The notes: generated by a model from the letters alone, not told the origin. 64,000 nt of DNA from Thermodesulfobacteriota bacterium (GCA_963675595.2 CAXXLZ010000001.1:896001-960000); one strand, 5' to 3'; shown: positions 22,106 through 32,414, numbered from the stretch's first letter. Made by a program: numbers and translations.

Positions 22106-22780
22106 GCAGTTTCCCCTTTCTACTGAGGCTCTGAAATATCAAAATGATCACGCAGGCTTTGGAAACCGTACTACATTCTAACGGCCCGTCGGATCCAGGG
22201 CAAGGCAAAAACCACCACAATAACCGGGATGAAGCCGATTCCCGAAACCTGCATGCGGAATATGCGGGTAAGCAATATATAACTGATTGAAATAGTTAGG
22301 ATGCTGAATTTTTGAAACGCGTTGTTCCCAGCTTCGATGGACGGCGGTTTAACCGGAAAGAGGGGATGGTTAGCGTTCTGATGTAATCCATGCATGCCTC
22401 GGAAAAACATTCAAAAACCATTCTGGTGCTCAGAGAGCCTTCAATTTCACATAACCATGTTATGCGAGAGGGTCAATTTTACGAATGCATCAAAGGAAAT
22501 CTTGACAATTTCGAGGCACCATGTTAGATACGCCATCCGTTATGGTGTTGTTCGCACGAGAGTCATCATTAGGCGGCTCTCGAGAACGGCGGGACGCCGG
22601 GTCGTCTCTCGGGCGACGCTGCCGCAAATCGGGCATTCCTAAGCGTTCGCATCGGCGTTGCCGCACCCTGGGCCTTGCGGCGAGAACATTAAGATTACAG
22701 ACGCGTCGGGGAGGCCGATCCGGAAGCTCCGTTGCTTGTGAGTCTATGGAGTAGACGTTGAATCATTTATAAGGAGGAAA

Positions 22781-22996
22781 GTGATGAGCGAAGTTTTTGC
22801 CCCGATGGCCGGGAAGATCATCAAGATCATGGTGAACGTGGGTGACGGCGTGGAAGAAGACGATGAGGTATTGATCATGGAAGCCATGAAAATGGAAATG
22901 CCCGTTGTCAGTCCCGAAAGTGGGACGGTGAAGGAAATCAAGGTGAAAGAAGGCCAGGCGGTGGAGGCCGAAGAAGTGGTGATGGTTGTCGAGTAG
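22781..22996 (+). CDS. Biotin carboxyl carrier protein
   Basis: APMAG and EAMKME biotinylation motif; AGGAGG RBS. Confidence 0.9.
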   Translation: MMSEVFAPMAGKIIKIMVNVGDGVEEDDEVLIMEAMKMEMPVVSPESGTVKEIKVKEGQAVEAEEVVMVVE

Positions 22997-23254
22997 AAAC
23001 ACGACAGCTTTCCATTTTCTTGACGTTAACCTTCGGGGTGCGCATGCTGCGTCATCGAAATCCGGTGATCGGCGAAGTGCGGACTGAAGGCGGTCGTACT
23101 GGACGGGTCGGCGATTGATCGGACAAGCCGGGATTCGCCTGGGAAACGTAAGTAATAGGCGAGCGGGGCTTGCTTATATGTCCGGGATTGATGTACAGGG
23201 AATTCCGTATCAATCTCATTTGTGACCGTAACCTGATATTTGGAGAAGCCGAAC

Positions 23255-23398
23255 ATGGTTGACTGGGATCAAGCCGTCAAGATCGTGGTGAACGGGTTCC
23301 TGGCCGTATTCGTGATTATGGGAATACTGGCCGGATTGACAACGATTGTAGGAAAAGTTCTTTCTCGCACTCAGAAATCCGACAAGGAAAGGGCGTAG
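23255..23398 (+). CDS. OadG-like small membrane subunit of a Na+-translocating decarboxylase (47 aa, not in ORF track)
   Basis: MVDWDQAVKIVVNGFLAVFVIMGILAGLTTIVGKVLSRTQKSDKERA*. Single TM, GGAG RBS, stop 1 nt before the beta-subunit ATG. Confidence 0.75.
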   Translation: MVDWDQAVKIVVNGFLAVFVIMGILAGLTTIVGKVLSRTQKSDKERA

Positions 23399-23399
23399 T

Positions 23400-24536
23400 A
23401 TGTTTTTGGGCATCCAAATGGGTTTCGGCTTCATGTCCATCGGGCAACTGGTCATGATTCTGGTCGGATTGGGCTTCATGTACCTGGCCATCAAGAAGAA
23501 GTGGGAACCCTATGAATTGCTTCCCATCGGTGCCGGAATGTTGTTGGCGAATCTACCGCTTACCGGGTTGACCACCGCGCCCGCACCGGGGCTTGGGCCG
23601 GGAATGGCGGGGATTCTGGGCATCATTCTGAAATACGGTTTGTACACATGGACGATTCTGCCCCAATTCATCTTCTTCGGAATCGGGGCGCTGACCGACT
23701 TCGGACCGCTGATCGCCAATCCCCGGGCCTTCTTTCTCGGTGCGGCTGCGCAGTTGGGGATCTACACCTCGTTCGTGGGCGCGCTCCTTCTCGGGTTCAC
23801 CATTCCCGAGGCATGTTCCATCGGAATCATAGGAGGAGCGGACGGTCCCACCACCATCTACACGACCGGTCTCTTGGCACCCGACATCATGGGCATTACG
23901 GCGACCGCGGCCTACAGCTATATGGCCATGGTGGCGATCATCCAGCCTCCCATCATCAAGGCGCTGCTCAGTAAGAAAGAACGCCAGATCTACATGAAGC
24001 CGCAGCTCAGGCCGGTTTCCAAGACCGAGAAGATTTTGTTCCCTCTGTTTACGATGATCATTGTGCTTCTGATGATCCCCAAGTCGGCTCCTCTCGTCGG
24101 CATGCTGATGCTGGGTAATCTGTTTCGGGAATCGGGCGTTGTGGAGCGGCTGTCCAACACGGCACAAAACGAGCTGATCAACATCATCACCATCTTGCTC
24201 ATGTTGGGCATCGGAGCGTCCATGCCTGCGGAATCCGTTCTTCAGGTCAAGACCCTGATGGTGCTGGGGCTGGGCCTGTTCGCCTTTTGCGTGGGCACCG
24301 CCGGAGGCGTTTTGCTGGGAAAGGTCATGAGCAAGTTCAGCAAAGAGCCCTTCAACCCCATGCTCGGCGCCAGCGGGGTGTCGGCCGTGCCCATGAGCGC
24401 CCGCATTGTGCAACATTTGGGACAGCATGAGAACAAGAAGAACCTGCTGCTCATGCACGCCATGGGACCCAACGTCGCCGGAGTGATCGGTTCCGCGGTC
24501 GCCGGCGGGTACTTTCTGGGATTGTTCGTGAAATAA
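23400..24536 (+). CDS. Na+-translocating decarboxylase beta subunit (OadB/GcdB/MmdB family)
   Basis: GIIGGADGPT, AYSYMA, GVSAVPMSAR, HAMGPNVAGVIGS. Confidence 0.95.
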   Translation: MFLGIQMGFGFMSIGQLVMILVGLGFMYLAIKKKWEPYELLPIGAGMLLANLPLTGLTTAPAPGLGPGMAGILGIILKYGLYTWTILPQFIFFGIGALTDFGPLIANPRAFFLGAAAQLGIYTSFVGALLLGFTIPEACSIGIIGGADGPTTIYTTGLLAPDIMGITATAAYSYMAMVAIIQPPIIKALLSKKERQIYMKPQLRPVSKTEKILFPLFTMIIVLLMIPKSAPLVGMLMLGNLFRESGVVERLSNTAQNELINIITILLMLGIGASMPAESVLQVKTLMVLGLGLFAFCVGTAGGVLLGKVMSKFSKEPFNPMLGASGVSAVPMSARIVQHLGQHENKKNLLLMHAMGPNVAGVIGSAVAGGYFLGLFVK

Positions 24537-24560
24537 TATCGGAATCGATTGCGTACAAAG

Positions 24561-24595
24561 AAAAGAAGGCCTCTCAAAGAGAGGCCTTCTTTTTT
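24561..24595. terminator. Bidirectional rho-independent terminator
   Basis: aaaagaaggcctctc-aaa-gagaggccttcttttt between convergent genes. Confidence 0.85.
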
Positions 24596-24617
24596 AGAGA
24601 AATCCGTCTCGTCCGGT

Positions 24618-25286
24618 CTACATGAAATCCATATCCCCACTGAAGGTGCCGTTGACAAAGGGGTTGGTAATGCGTTCGTGACCGATGGTGGAGGTGGGAG
24701 AGGGACCGTAATTGTGTCCGGGAAAGATCTCGGTGTCATCCGGCAGGGTCATCAGGTGCCGCTGGATCGAATCGAACATTTCGCTCCAGGATGATTTGGG
24801 ACCGTCCGTTCTCCCCACGGATCCCACGAAAAGCGTGTCTCCGGTCAAACACATGCCGGCGGGCTCATAATACAGGCATATGCCGCCGGGCGTGTGACCC
24901 GGGGTATGAAGCACCCTCCATCCATAGGAGCCGATGGTCAGCATATCTCCGTGTTCCAGTCTGCGATCCGCGGGCGGTGATTTTCGGGCGCTGAACATCT
25001 GGAGCCAGAACTCCCCGATCTTCGTCAAATAATCGGCCTCCGCCTCATGAATGAGGATTTCCGCTCCGGTCTTTTCTTTCATCTCGGCATTGCCCATCAC
25101 ATGATCCACATGCCCATGCGTGTTCAATATCGTACGGATTGTCAGACGATTCGCTTCAGCCAGTTCTATGATACGGTCCGCATCGTCTGCGGGGTCCACG
25201 ACCATGGCGTCGCCCGTATCGGTGTCGCCGATCAGGTAAGCGAACACCGCGTGATATCCAACTTCCAACTGACGAAAAAACATCAT
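24618..25286 (-). CDS. MBL-fold metallohydrolase (glyoxalase II-like)
   Basis: THGHVDH, HTPGHTPG, TGDTLF, PGH. Confidence 0.9.
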   Translation of the reverse strand: MMFFRQLEVGYHAVFAYLIGDTDTGDAMVVDPADDADRIIELAEANRLTIRTILNTHGHVDHVMGNAEMKEKTGAEILIHEAEADYLTKIGEFWLQMFSARKSPPADRRLEHGDMLTIGSYGWRVLHTPGHTPGGICLYYEPAGMCLTGDTLFVGSVGRTDGPKSSWSEMFDSIQRHLMTLPDDTEIFPGHNYGPSPTSTIGHERITNPFVNGTFSGDMDFM

Positions 25287-26179
25287 TAGTTCCGCCTCGA
25301 TTTTCTTAGGTAACCAAGAATCCCGGCCACGCTCAGGCCGAAAGAAAAGCGTTGTGTCGGAAAAGATTTAAGATGCGGCAGGCGTTCCAGGAAGGCCTCC
25401 AGCATTTCTTCGTTGGTTCCATCAGGGAACTGATCCAGCAAATCAGCCAAGGTCCCTACCCAGAGATCGTGTTGGCGCTTGAGGCGTGGAAAGAAATCGT
25501 CATCCCGTGCCAAATAATAGGGGCCGTTGTGGGTGAAAAACAATGACTTGAGATGGAGATCGGCTACCTTGTCCAGAGAAAGTTTGGATTTCGGAAGATC
25601 GTAGTCCGGAGGAGGGGCCAGGACGAAATTGGGCAGACCGAGGTACTTGCTGCCCAACGCATCTCCCACGAATCCGATTCCTTCCTCTGGGCAATAATAG
25701 ACTACATGGTGTCCGGCATGGCCCGGCGTTGCCAATACATGCAGTCGGCGATGGCCAATATCTATGACATCACCGGAATCCACCGCCACGATCGTATTGT
25801 CTTCCGAATCTATGGGGAGCAGTTCCCCTATCTGATGGAAACGGCTTCCGTAGGCTCTCCTGACGCTTTGGTTGAGTCGTTCCGGTCGAGCGAGATGATG
25901 GGCGCCTTCGCCGTGGACATATACGCGCATAGCAGGGTTGTCTCGCACCAGATAGCCCGCACCTCCGGCGTGGTCCAGGTGAATGTGGGTCAGAGCTGTA
26001 ACGTGGATGTCCGCGGGTGTCAGGCCCATCTTTCGCAAGGCCGCCACCAGTTCCGGGTACTCGAAGGGAAAACCGCATTCAACGAGAGTGGGGTGATCAT
26101 CAAGGATCACATAGCACGCGCGAACGCGATTGAGGAGAATCATAAACAGATTCGGGGCCACTTCTTCAATATGGAACAT
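25286..26179 (-). CDS. MBL-fold metallohydrolase (start uncertain)
   Basis: THIHLDHAGG, TPGHAGHH, GDALG. Confidence 0.85.
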   Translation of the reverse strand: MFHIEEVAPNLFMILLNRVRACYVILDDHPTLVECGFPFEYPELVAALRKMGLTPADIHVTALTHIHLDHAGGAGYLVRDNPAMRVYVHGEGAHHLARPERLNQSVRRAYGSRFHQIGELLPIDSEDNTIVAVDSGDVIDIGHRRLHVLATPGHAGHHVVYYCPEEGIGFVGDALGSKYLGLPNFVLAPPPDYDLPKSKLSLDKVADLHLKSLFFTHNGPYYLARDDDFFPRLKRQHDLWVGTLADLLDQFPDGTNEEMLEAFLERLPHLKSFPTQRFSFGLSVAGILGYLRKSRRN

Positions 26180-26391
26180 AACGGCCTTGGCTGGAATCCG
26201 GTCTTGATCGACGGTTATGGCTTTGGCGGCGAAGCTGTGCAAGGAACGATGGACAAACTTAGGTAAGGTCGGCCTTGAACTCGCACACCGGAGAGTGGCG
26301 TAGGAAAAAGGTAAGAACATCGGACCGACCCGTGAGGGCGGAGGTCCGATGTTCGATGAGAGCCCCGATATCGACGTGGTGAGTTCTAATG

Positions 26392-27186
26392 CTATCCTTT
26401 GGAACCGAGCCTGAGGCCTCCATGGAGGAAATAAACCGCTCCGTTGATGGCTTCGTTTCGGTACATTTCAAAAATGAGGGAAGCCACCTCCTCCGGTTCG
26501 ATCAAGCGCCCGATGGGCACATTTTCCAGGATCTTGTCGAGGGCTTTCTGATTCATGCCCTTTACCATGGCGGTGCCCACATACCCGGGAGCGATTGCAC
26601 CGCAGCGGATTCGATCGGCGATGCCTTTTCTGAAAAACTCGGCCACGATAACACTGGGCATGACACTCATGGCCGCTTTGGTTGCGGAATAGTTGATTTG
26701 GCCGGCCGTACCCAGGGAGCCCGTCGAAGAGATAGTGCAGAGGAAGCCGCGGGAGCCGTTGTTGATCATCTGTTCCGCGCACTCTCTCAAGGTGAGGAAG
26801 ACGCCCGTGATATTGATGTCAAGCACGCGCTGGAACTGATCGACACTCATCTTTTTGGTGACTTTGCCCGTTTCCCTGTCGGGGGAGAGAAAAAGTCCGT
26901 CCATGATGATACCCGCACACGGAACGACCAGATTGATGTCGCCGAAGGTATCCACGGCTTTTTTAGCAAGCGCGGAGGCGTCTTCTTCTTTGGTGACGTC
27001 GCAAACGATGGAAGTCGCTTGGCCGCCCATGTCCTTGATTTCCTTCTCCACGCGTTCCAGGTTCTCTTTTACCACGTCTCCCAGAACAACCTTACCACCC
27101 AGTTTGACCCATTCCTTGGCCACCATCTCACCAATACCGCTGCCTCCGCCGGTGATTACCGCTACATGATCCTTGATCTCAAGCAT
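26392..27186 (-). CDS. SDR oxidoreductase, probable 3-hydroxyacyl-CoA dehydrogenase
   Basis: TGGGSGIG, GQINYSATK (YxxxK), IAPG; co-oriented with the mutase genes. Confidence 0.88.
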   Translation of the reverse strand: MLEIKDHVAVITGGGSGIGEMVAKEWVKLGGKVVLGDVVKENLERVEKEIKDMGGQATSIVCDVTKEEDASALAKKAVDTFGDINLVVPCAGIIMDGLFLSPDRETGKVTKKMSVDQFQRVLDINITGVFLTLRECAEQMINNGSRGFLCTISSTGSLGTAGQINYSATKAAMSVMPSVIVAEFFRKGIADRIRCGAIAPGYVGTAMVKGMNQKALDKILENVPIGRLIEPEEVASLIFEMYRNEAINGAVYFLHGGLRLGSKG

Positions 27187-27272
27187 TGTGAATCCCCTTT
27201 TCTGGTGCGAACATTTATGGGTAGCGAATTCATGGAATCAGATCGTCCGAGGCCGGCCGCCAATGTTTCGCC

Positions 27273-28250
27273 TCACGACTGAGAGAGATCCAATTGACGC
27301 TCCACTTGAACGGCGATCTCTCTGGCTGCGGACTCCGGGTCCTTCTTACGCGCCCATATTTGTTCCACGAGCTGGTCCAGGTTGTTGTTCCGACTCATAT
27401 GCTCCCAGGTAATCCGTGTGAGTTCCTTTTCGATAAGTCTCAGCAACTCGGCCCGTATTTGTGTTTTTCTTCGCTTCTTCAGGCGGTCTTCTTTCAGCAG
27501 GAATTCACGATGGGAAAGGATTCCCCGGTAGAGCTCTTCGATTCCCCAGTTGCGCATGGCCGCGGTCATGAAAACCGACGGTGTCCACTCGGACTTTCGG
27601 AAAGTCGTGCGCCGTTCGAGCATGTTGGCAATAGATTCAGCCATGGAATCGGCACCGGATCGGTCCGACTTGTTCACGGCAAAAACATCGGCGATCTCCA
27701 TCAAACCGGCTTTCATGATTTGAACGCTATCGCCGCTTTCAGGGACCAGCACTACAAGAACGGTGTCCGTAGCACTCACGATATCCAGTTCGGACTGGCC
27801 CACCCCCACGGTCTCAATGATGATGATCTGCTTTCCGCAGGCGTCCAGGATGCGGGTGGCTTCACGGGTGGTTTCGGCCAACCCCCCTACGGTCTTGCCG
27901 GCACTCATGCTCCGGAAGAAGATATCCCAGCCCGGTTTCTTTTTGACGTTCATACGAATACGATCGCCGAGGAGCGCACCTCCGCTGAAAGGACTGGAGG
28001 GGTCGATGGCGACGATCCCCACAGAGAAGCCCTCAGCGCAAAAGGTCCTTGTCAGACGGTCGACGAGGGTGCTTTTCCCCGCTCCCGGCGGACCGGTAAT
28101 TCCCACGTAATAGGCATTGCCCACGTGGGGATAAATATGCTTCATCACCTCGTGGGCGGTGGGATCGCGACGCTCCACCAGGGAGATGAGTCTGGCGATG
28201 GCCAGCGTCTCCCCGGCGAGCGCTTTACTCAGCAGCTCTTGTAATTCCAT
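27273..28250 (-). CDS. meaB: MeaB/ArgK mutase-associated GTPase
   Basis: GPPGAGKST, DPSSPFSGGALLGDRIRM, ETVGVGQSE, NKSD. Confidence 0.95.
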   Translation of the reverse strand: MELQELLSKALAGETLAIARLISLVERRDPTAHEVMKHIYPHVGNAYYVGITGPPGAGKSTLVDRLTRTFCAEGFSVGIVAIDPSSPFSGGALLGDRIRMNVKKKPGWDIFFRSMSAGKTVGGLAETTREATRILDACGKQIIIIETVGVGQSELDIVSATDTVLVVLVPESGDSVQIMKAGLMEIADVFAVNKSDRSGADSMAESIANMLERRTTFRKSEWTPSVFMTAAMRNWGIEELYRGILSHREFLLKEDRLKKRRKTQIRAELLRLIEKELTRITWEHMSRNNNLDQLVEQIWARKKDPESAAREIAVQVERQLDLSQS

Positions 28251-28265
28251 AAGTCCCTAAGGCGT

Positions 28266-28658
28266 TCAGACGGACACCGAGCCATTGACTACATCGATGA
28301 TGGTCTGCATGGGTGTGTCCGGAAGAAACACTCGATTGACACCGCCCTCGAGAAGCGCGGGTACGTGCTTGGGAGGAATGACGCCGCCCATGAATACCTT
28401 GACGTTGTCGAGTCCGCCTTCTTTGAGGAGTCTTACGGTCTTCAAGCCCAATGAATGGTGGTTTCCCCCCAACGTGCTCATGCCCACAACGTCCGCGTCT
28501 TCCTGCATCACCGCTTCAACGATCTGTTCAGGAAACTTGTTTCCGATATATACGACATCCATGCCGGCGTCTCTCAGAAACTGACTTACCAAGTAGACGC
28601 CTCTCCAATGAATGTCCAATCCCAGTTTCGCCATGACAACTTTGATCGGTCTGGTCAT
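28266..28658 (-). CDS. Acyl-CoA mutase small (cobalamin-binding) subunit
   Basis: KLGLDIHWRG (DxHxxG), VVGMS, GGVIP. Confidence 0.92.
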   Translation of the reverse strand: MTRPIKVVMAKLGLDIHWRGVYLVSQFLRDAGMDVVYIGNKFPEQIVEAVMQEDADVVGMSTLGGNHHSLGLKTVRLLKEGGLDNVKVFMGGVIPPKHVPALLEGGVNRVFLPDTPMQTIIDVVNGSVSV

Positions 28659-28705
28659 TACTTAACCTCCATACGCTCGGCTCTTAGCACTGTTTCGGTT
28701 TTCGA

Positions 28706-30424
28706 CTAGTTGATCAGCGGGAACGTCCACAGACCGAATTGCTCTCGGAAGAGTTCCTCGATTTCGCCAAGCGTCACCAGATTCTTGACTGCTTCAAGCG
28801 TATACGGGTAGAGGTTTTCATCCGTGTGGCACTTATCGGCCAGTATTTTCAGCGATTCCTTGACCTTTTGTTCGCTGCGCTCTTTGCGGAGACGATCAAG
28901 TTTGGCTTTTTGGCGGGTGTAGGTTTCCGGATACTCGAAGACCTCGATTTCACGGGCGGAACCTTCTTCCGCTCTGAAATAGTTCACGCCGACCACCTTC
29001 ATTTCGCCGTTTTCGATCTTCTTCTGGTACTTCAGGTTGTAGTTGGCGATTTCGCGATGCAGCCAACCGTTCTCCACTGCGGTTACCAAGCCGCCCATGT
29101 CTTCGATTTTCTTAATATAATCGAAGATTCGCTTGACCATCTCGTCGGTGAGGTACTCAAGATAATAGGACCCGGCCAACGGATCCACGGTATTGATGAC
29201 CCCGGTTTCCGCCTGGATGATCTGCTGGGTGCGGAGCGAAATCAACGCCGCTTCCTCGGTGGGCGCGGAGTAAGCTTCGTCATAGGAGTCGATGTGCAGG
29301 GATTGGCAGCCGCCAAAGGTGGCCGCGAGTCCCTGAAGAGCGGACCTCGCCACATTGTTCAGAGGCTCGGTGGCCGGCAGGGTAACGCCCGCGGTTTGCA
29401 CGTGGAAGCGCATCAGCATGGACTTGGGCTTCTTGGCGCCGAAGCGTTCCTTCATGATCTTGTACCAAACCTTACGGCTGGCCCGGCACTTGGCGATCTC
29501 TTCGAAGAAGTCATTGTGGAGGTCCCAGAAAAAGCTCATTCTGGGAGCGAAATCGTCGACGTTCATACCGCGTTTAAGCAATTCCTCGGCCGTGGCGATG
29601 CCGTTGGAGATGGCGATGGCCACTTCCTGGACCGCATTGGTGCCGGCTTCCCGCAGGTTGTACCCGTTATAGCTGATGGGGTTGAAACGGGCGTAGTTCT
29701 GGCAGACGAACTGGACGACGTCGCACTGCAGCCGGAAGCTCACCGGGGGAGGAAGAATTTCCGGACCACTGCCCACGCAGGTTTCCATAATGAAGTCGTT
29801 CTGGCAGGTTCCCGCGATCTTGTCCTTGGGGGTCCCTCGCTGTTCGGCGACCGCGAAATACATGCCCGGGATCACAATGGAGGTGCTGGGCAGATGGGTC
29901 ACGATCGAAGTACTGATGGTTCCCAGGTCGATGTCCTTGAAATAGGCATCCATGTCCCAGATGGAATCCACGGCGGCGCCGCAGTGCCCCACATTGCCTT
30001 CCGCCTCGGCATCGTCGGAGTTATATCCGCGGATCGTGGGAAGGTCGAAGAGGATGTTGACGCCGTTGGCTCCATGCTGCAGCAGGTACTTGATGCGCAG
30101 GTTGCAGTCTTCCGGAGCGCCCAGGCCGGCGAGCTGGCGAACGGTGAACGGACGGCCGCGGTACATATTGGGGTAGACGCCGCGGACGTAGGGGGCGCAG
30201 CCCGGGTAACCGATGTCTTCCGTATAGTCGATGTGGGACACATCCGCAGGAGTGTGCACCATCTTGACGGGAATGCCGGAGTGTGTGAAGTACTTGCCGG
30301 CAAGCTCTTCCTCACGATCTCCGTCCTTCAGGACGTTGTTGAACCAATCGTCATAACCCGTCTTGATGCTGTCCAACTGCTCCTTGGTGAAAATACAAAC
30401 TTGCTTCTCAGGGTTGTTTGCCAT
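28706..30424 (-). CDS. AdoCbl-dependent acyl-CoA mutase large subunit (not MCM-type; possibly 2-hydroxyisobutyryl-CoA mutase-like)
   Basis: RGVYPNMY, RQLAG, FDLPT, QND, REAG, DPLAGSYY; the specificity residues differ from MCM. Confidence 0.9.
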   Translation of the reverse strand: MANNPEKQVCIFTKEQLDSIKTGYDDWFNNVLKDGDREEELAGKYFTHSGIPVKMVHTPADVSHIDYTEDIGYPGCAPYVRGVYPNMYRGRPFTVRQLAGLGAPEDCNLRIKYLLQHGANGVNILFDLPTIRGYNSDDAEAEGNVGHCGAAVDSIWDMDAYFKDIDLGTISTSIVTHLPSTSIVIPGMYFAVAEQRGTPKDKIAGTCQNDFIMETCVGSGPEILPPPVSFRLQCDVVQFVCQNYARFNPISYNGYNLREAGTNAVQEVAIAISNGIATAEELLKRGMNVDDFAPRMSFFWDLHNDFFEEIAKCRASRKVWYKIMKERFGAKKPKSMLMRFHVQTAGVTLPATEPLNNVARSALQGLAATFGGCQSLHIDSYDEAYSAPTEEAALISLRTQQIIQAETGVINTVDPLAGSYYLEYLTDEMVKRIFDYIKKIEDMGGLVTAVENGWLHREIANYNLKYQKKIENGEMKVVGVNYFRAEEGSAREIEVFEYPETYTRQKAKLDRLRKERSEQKVKESLKILADKCHTDENLYPYTLEAVKNLVTLGEIEELFREQFGLWTFPLIN

Positions 30425-30700
30425 GTTCCTGCCTCCTTTACAGAAATCTTACTGCTTTTATTTCCAGGGCTACTGTCCGTTAATAATTCGCTTGAAAATC
30501 GCCGAGTTTCCTCCAGACCGCCACGTCACGGAGGACCCTACGGTTTCAAGCATGTAAGGAGTGCGGTTAAGGGATTGATTTCATGGAGCGAACCCCTACG
30601 GAGGACGATCCGACGCTTCTGCCAATTGCCTTTTGGTTCCCCCTCGTTAACGATGACGCCCGAAGGGTTCTTGCTCACACTACATTCGGTTTCGGTTGGA

Positions 30701-31903
30701 CTAGAACTCTTCCGAGCTCAATTCGAGTTCAAAAGGATCCACCGCCAACGGTACGCCGGTACCTCCTTGAACAATCACTCTCTTGAGTCCGACGGACTCT
30801 ACGATGATTCTTGCCTGATCTATGTCTTCCGCTGTGACGAAAGGCCAGTCCCGCAATCGGAAGGCCGGTTGGTATTCAATAAGGGTAACCGGCATCTCCG
30901 GGTTGATCGCCGCGACGGCACGGGCGGAAGCAAGAAGCTCCTCTTGCGTGTGTACGCGGGGATGGTATGGAAGGCTGACCGCCATAAACACTCGTCCGCG
31001 GTACTTTTCGTCGACGTAAGCTACTGCATTCCAAGAGGTTTCCAAATAAGAACGGGCCAATGGCTCAGATGTAATGCCGCACAAAAGCATGAACGTTCTT
31101 ACGGTTCGGGCCTTCAAATCGGGCGAGAGGTCGGTCACGCCGGCATCGACCAGTTCATCGATGTAGTCGGGCGTTAGAATGGAAGCATTGGTGTCCAATT
31201 GTATCCGGACCTCCGGATGGACCTCTCTGATTCTACGCACTGTCTTGACCAGCCACGGGCGATTCAGTGTAGGTTCCCCACCGGAAATTCCCACCCAGTA
31301 ATCCCGTGAAACGTCCAGACGAAGGGCGTCCACCGCCTCTACCGGGGTACAGGTTCGGCCGGCGGAGGCGAAAGTCATCTCCCAGTTGTGGCACAGATCA
31401 CAAGAATAGTTGCATCCGTGCGTGAATATGGACGGATGGTGATGGGGAGCCGGCCGCATCGTTGTTACCACGCGAAGAGGATCGGCGTCTCGGACTTCGA
31501 CGGAGTCGGTGGAAATCGCCATCCCATCTGTGAGGGGGGTGAGGCAACTTCGCTTCAGCTCACCGTCGATCCAAACTGCGCAGTTCCAACAGCCGCCGGT
31601 GTCACAAGTCGCGTGCGAGGTTTGATCGGCGTGACCTCCGACCGATTTGCCCAGACTGCGGAGCACCTGCCGGACCGTTATGGGACCCTGAATGATGAGG
31701 TTTTCACCGTCCAAGGAGAAGCGAAGCGCCGCTCCGGAATTCCTGCGAGGTTCAAGACTTCTGGCGTTCTGAGGACAACCCTTGATGCATATCCCGCATC
31801 CGATGCACGCGGAGGCGACGGCCGGACACCCCACATAGTGGCTGCAGAATCCGCATTGCACGCAATTATCGTTGACAATGACGGAGAACCGTTCGGAGCT
31901 CAT
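30701..31903 (-). CDS. Radical SAM protein (PflA-like) with N-terminal ferredoxin-type Cys clusters
   Basis: GCNYSCDLCHN, ISGGEP, LDTN; N-terminal CVQCGFC, CIGCGICIKGCP and CDTGGCWNC. Confidence 0.85.
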   Translation of the reverse strand: MSSERFSVIVNDNCVQCGFCSHYVGCPAVASACIGCGICIKGCPQNARSLEPRRNSGAALRFSLDGENLIIQGPITVRQVLRSLGKSVGGHADQTSHATCDTGGCWNCAVWIDGELKRSCLTPLTDGMAISTDSVEVRDADPLRVVTTMRPAPHHHPSIFTHGCNYSCDLCHNWEMTFASAGRTCTPVEAVDALRLDVSRDYWVGISGGEPTLNRPWLVKTVRRIREVHPEVRIQLDTNASILTPDYIDELVDAGVTDLSPDLKARTVRTFMLLCGITSEPLARSYLETSWNAVAYVDEKYRGRVFMAVSLPYHPRVHTQEELLASARAVAAINPEMPVTLIEYQPAFRLRDWPFVTAEDIDQARIIVESVGLKRVIVQGGTGVPLAVDPFELELSSEEF

Positions 31904-32280
31904 TCCCAGATCAACTTCGTATCACCGACCTTGGCACAGAATTCGAACGGAAAGGAACCCCAGAACTCGTTTTCAGCCTCGATGGTAACTTTGTCGAGAC
32001 GGTCCACTCCCATTTTGGTCAGAAACTGTTCCTTGGAAGGGAGGTTGACCACCAACTCGTCGATTCTTGGCAGGGCGATGAAATCGTAGGGATGCTCATT
32101 GTCCAGGTTGGCCCAAACTACGTCTCCCTTGCTGACGATGGTGCTGTCTTCCAGAGCGACGAAGATTTCCTCAGGAAAATCTTCTCGCCGGTAAAACTGC
32201 CTCACGATTAGCATCACCATGGCTTTCTCAACGGTGATCTCTTCGGGTCTTGTTTCGGTGAAATTTCCAAAAAAAGTCAA
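31900..32280 (-). CDS. Hypothetical acidic protein, translationally coupled to the radical SAM gene
   Basis: AGGAG RBS before a TTG start; ATGA overlap with the downstream gene. Confidence 0.7.
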   Translation of the reverse strand: MTFFGNFTETRPEEITVEKAMVMLIVRQFYRREDFPEEIFVALEDSTIVSKGDVVWANLDNEHPYDFIALPRIDELVVNLPSKEQFLTKMGVDRLDKVTIEAENEFWGSFPFEFCAKVGDTKLIWE

Positions 32281-32414
32281 AAGCGATTCTCCTACCGTCG
32301 GGTCGGAATAAAAGAGGAAGTCTTCATCTCAGCTTCGCGAAAATGGAGGCGGAAATGGCTCCCGTTTTTCTCAAAGCATCTGAAATAAAGACTCCCTTGG
32401 AGTGTAGGCGGTTT

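Noticed and set aside
30425-30700. Cobalamin riboswitch upstream of the mutase
   Set aside because: No B12-box or GGGAA/GCCACTG consensus visible.
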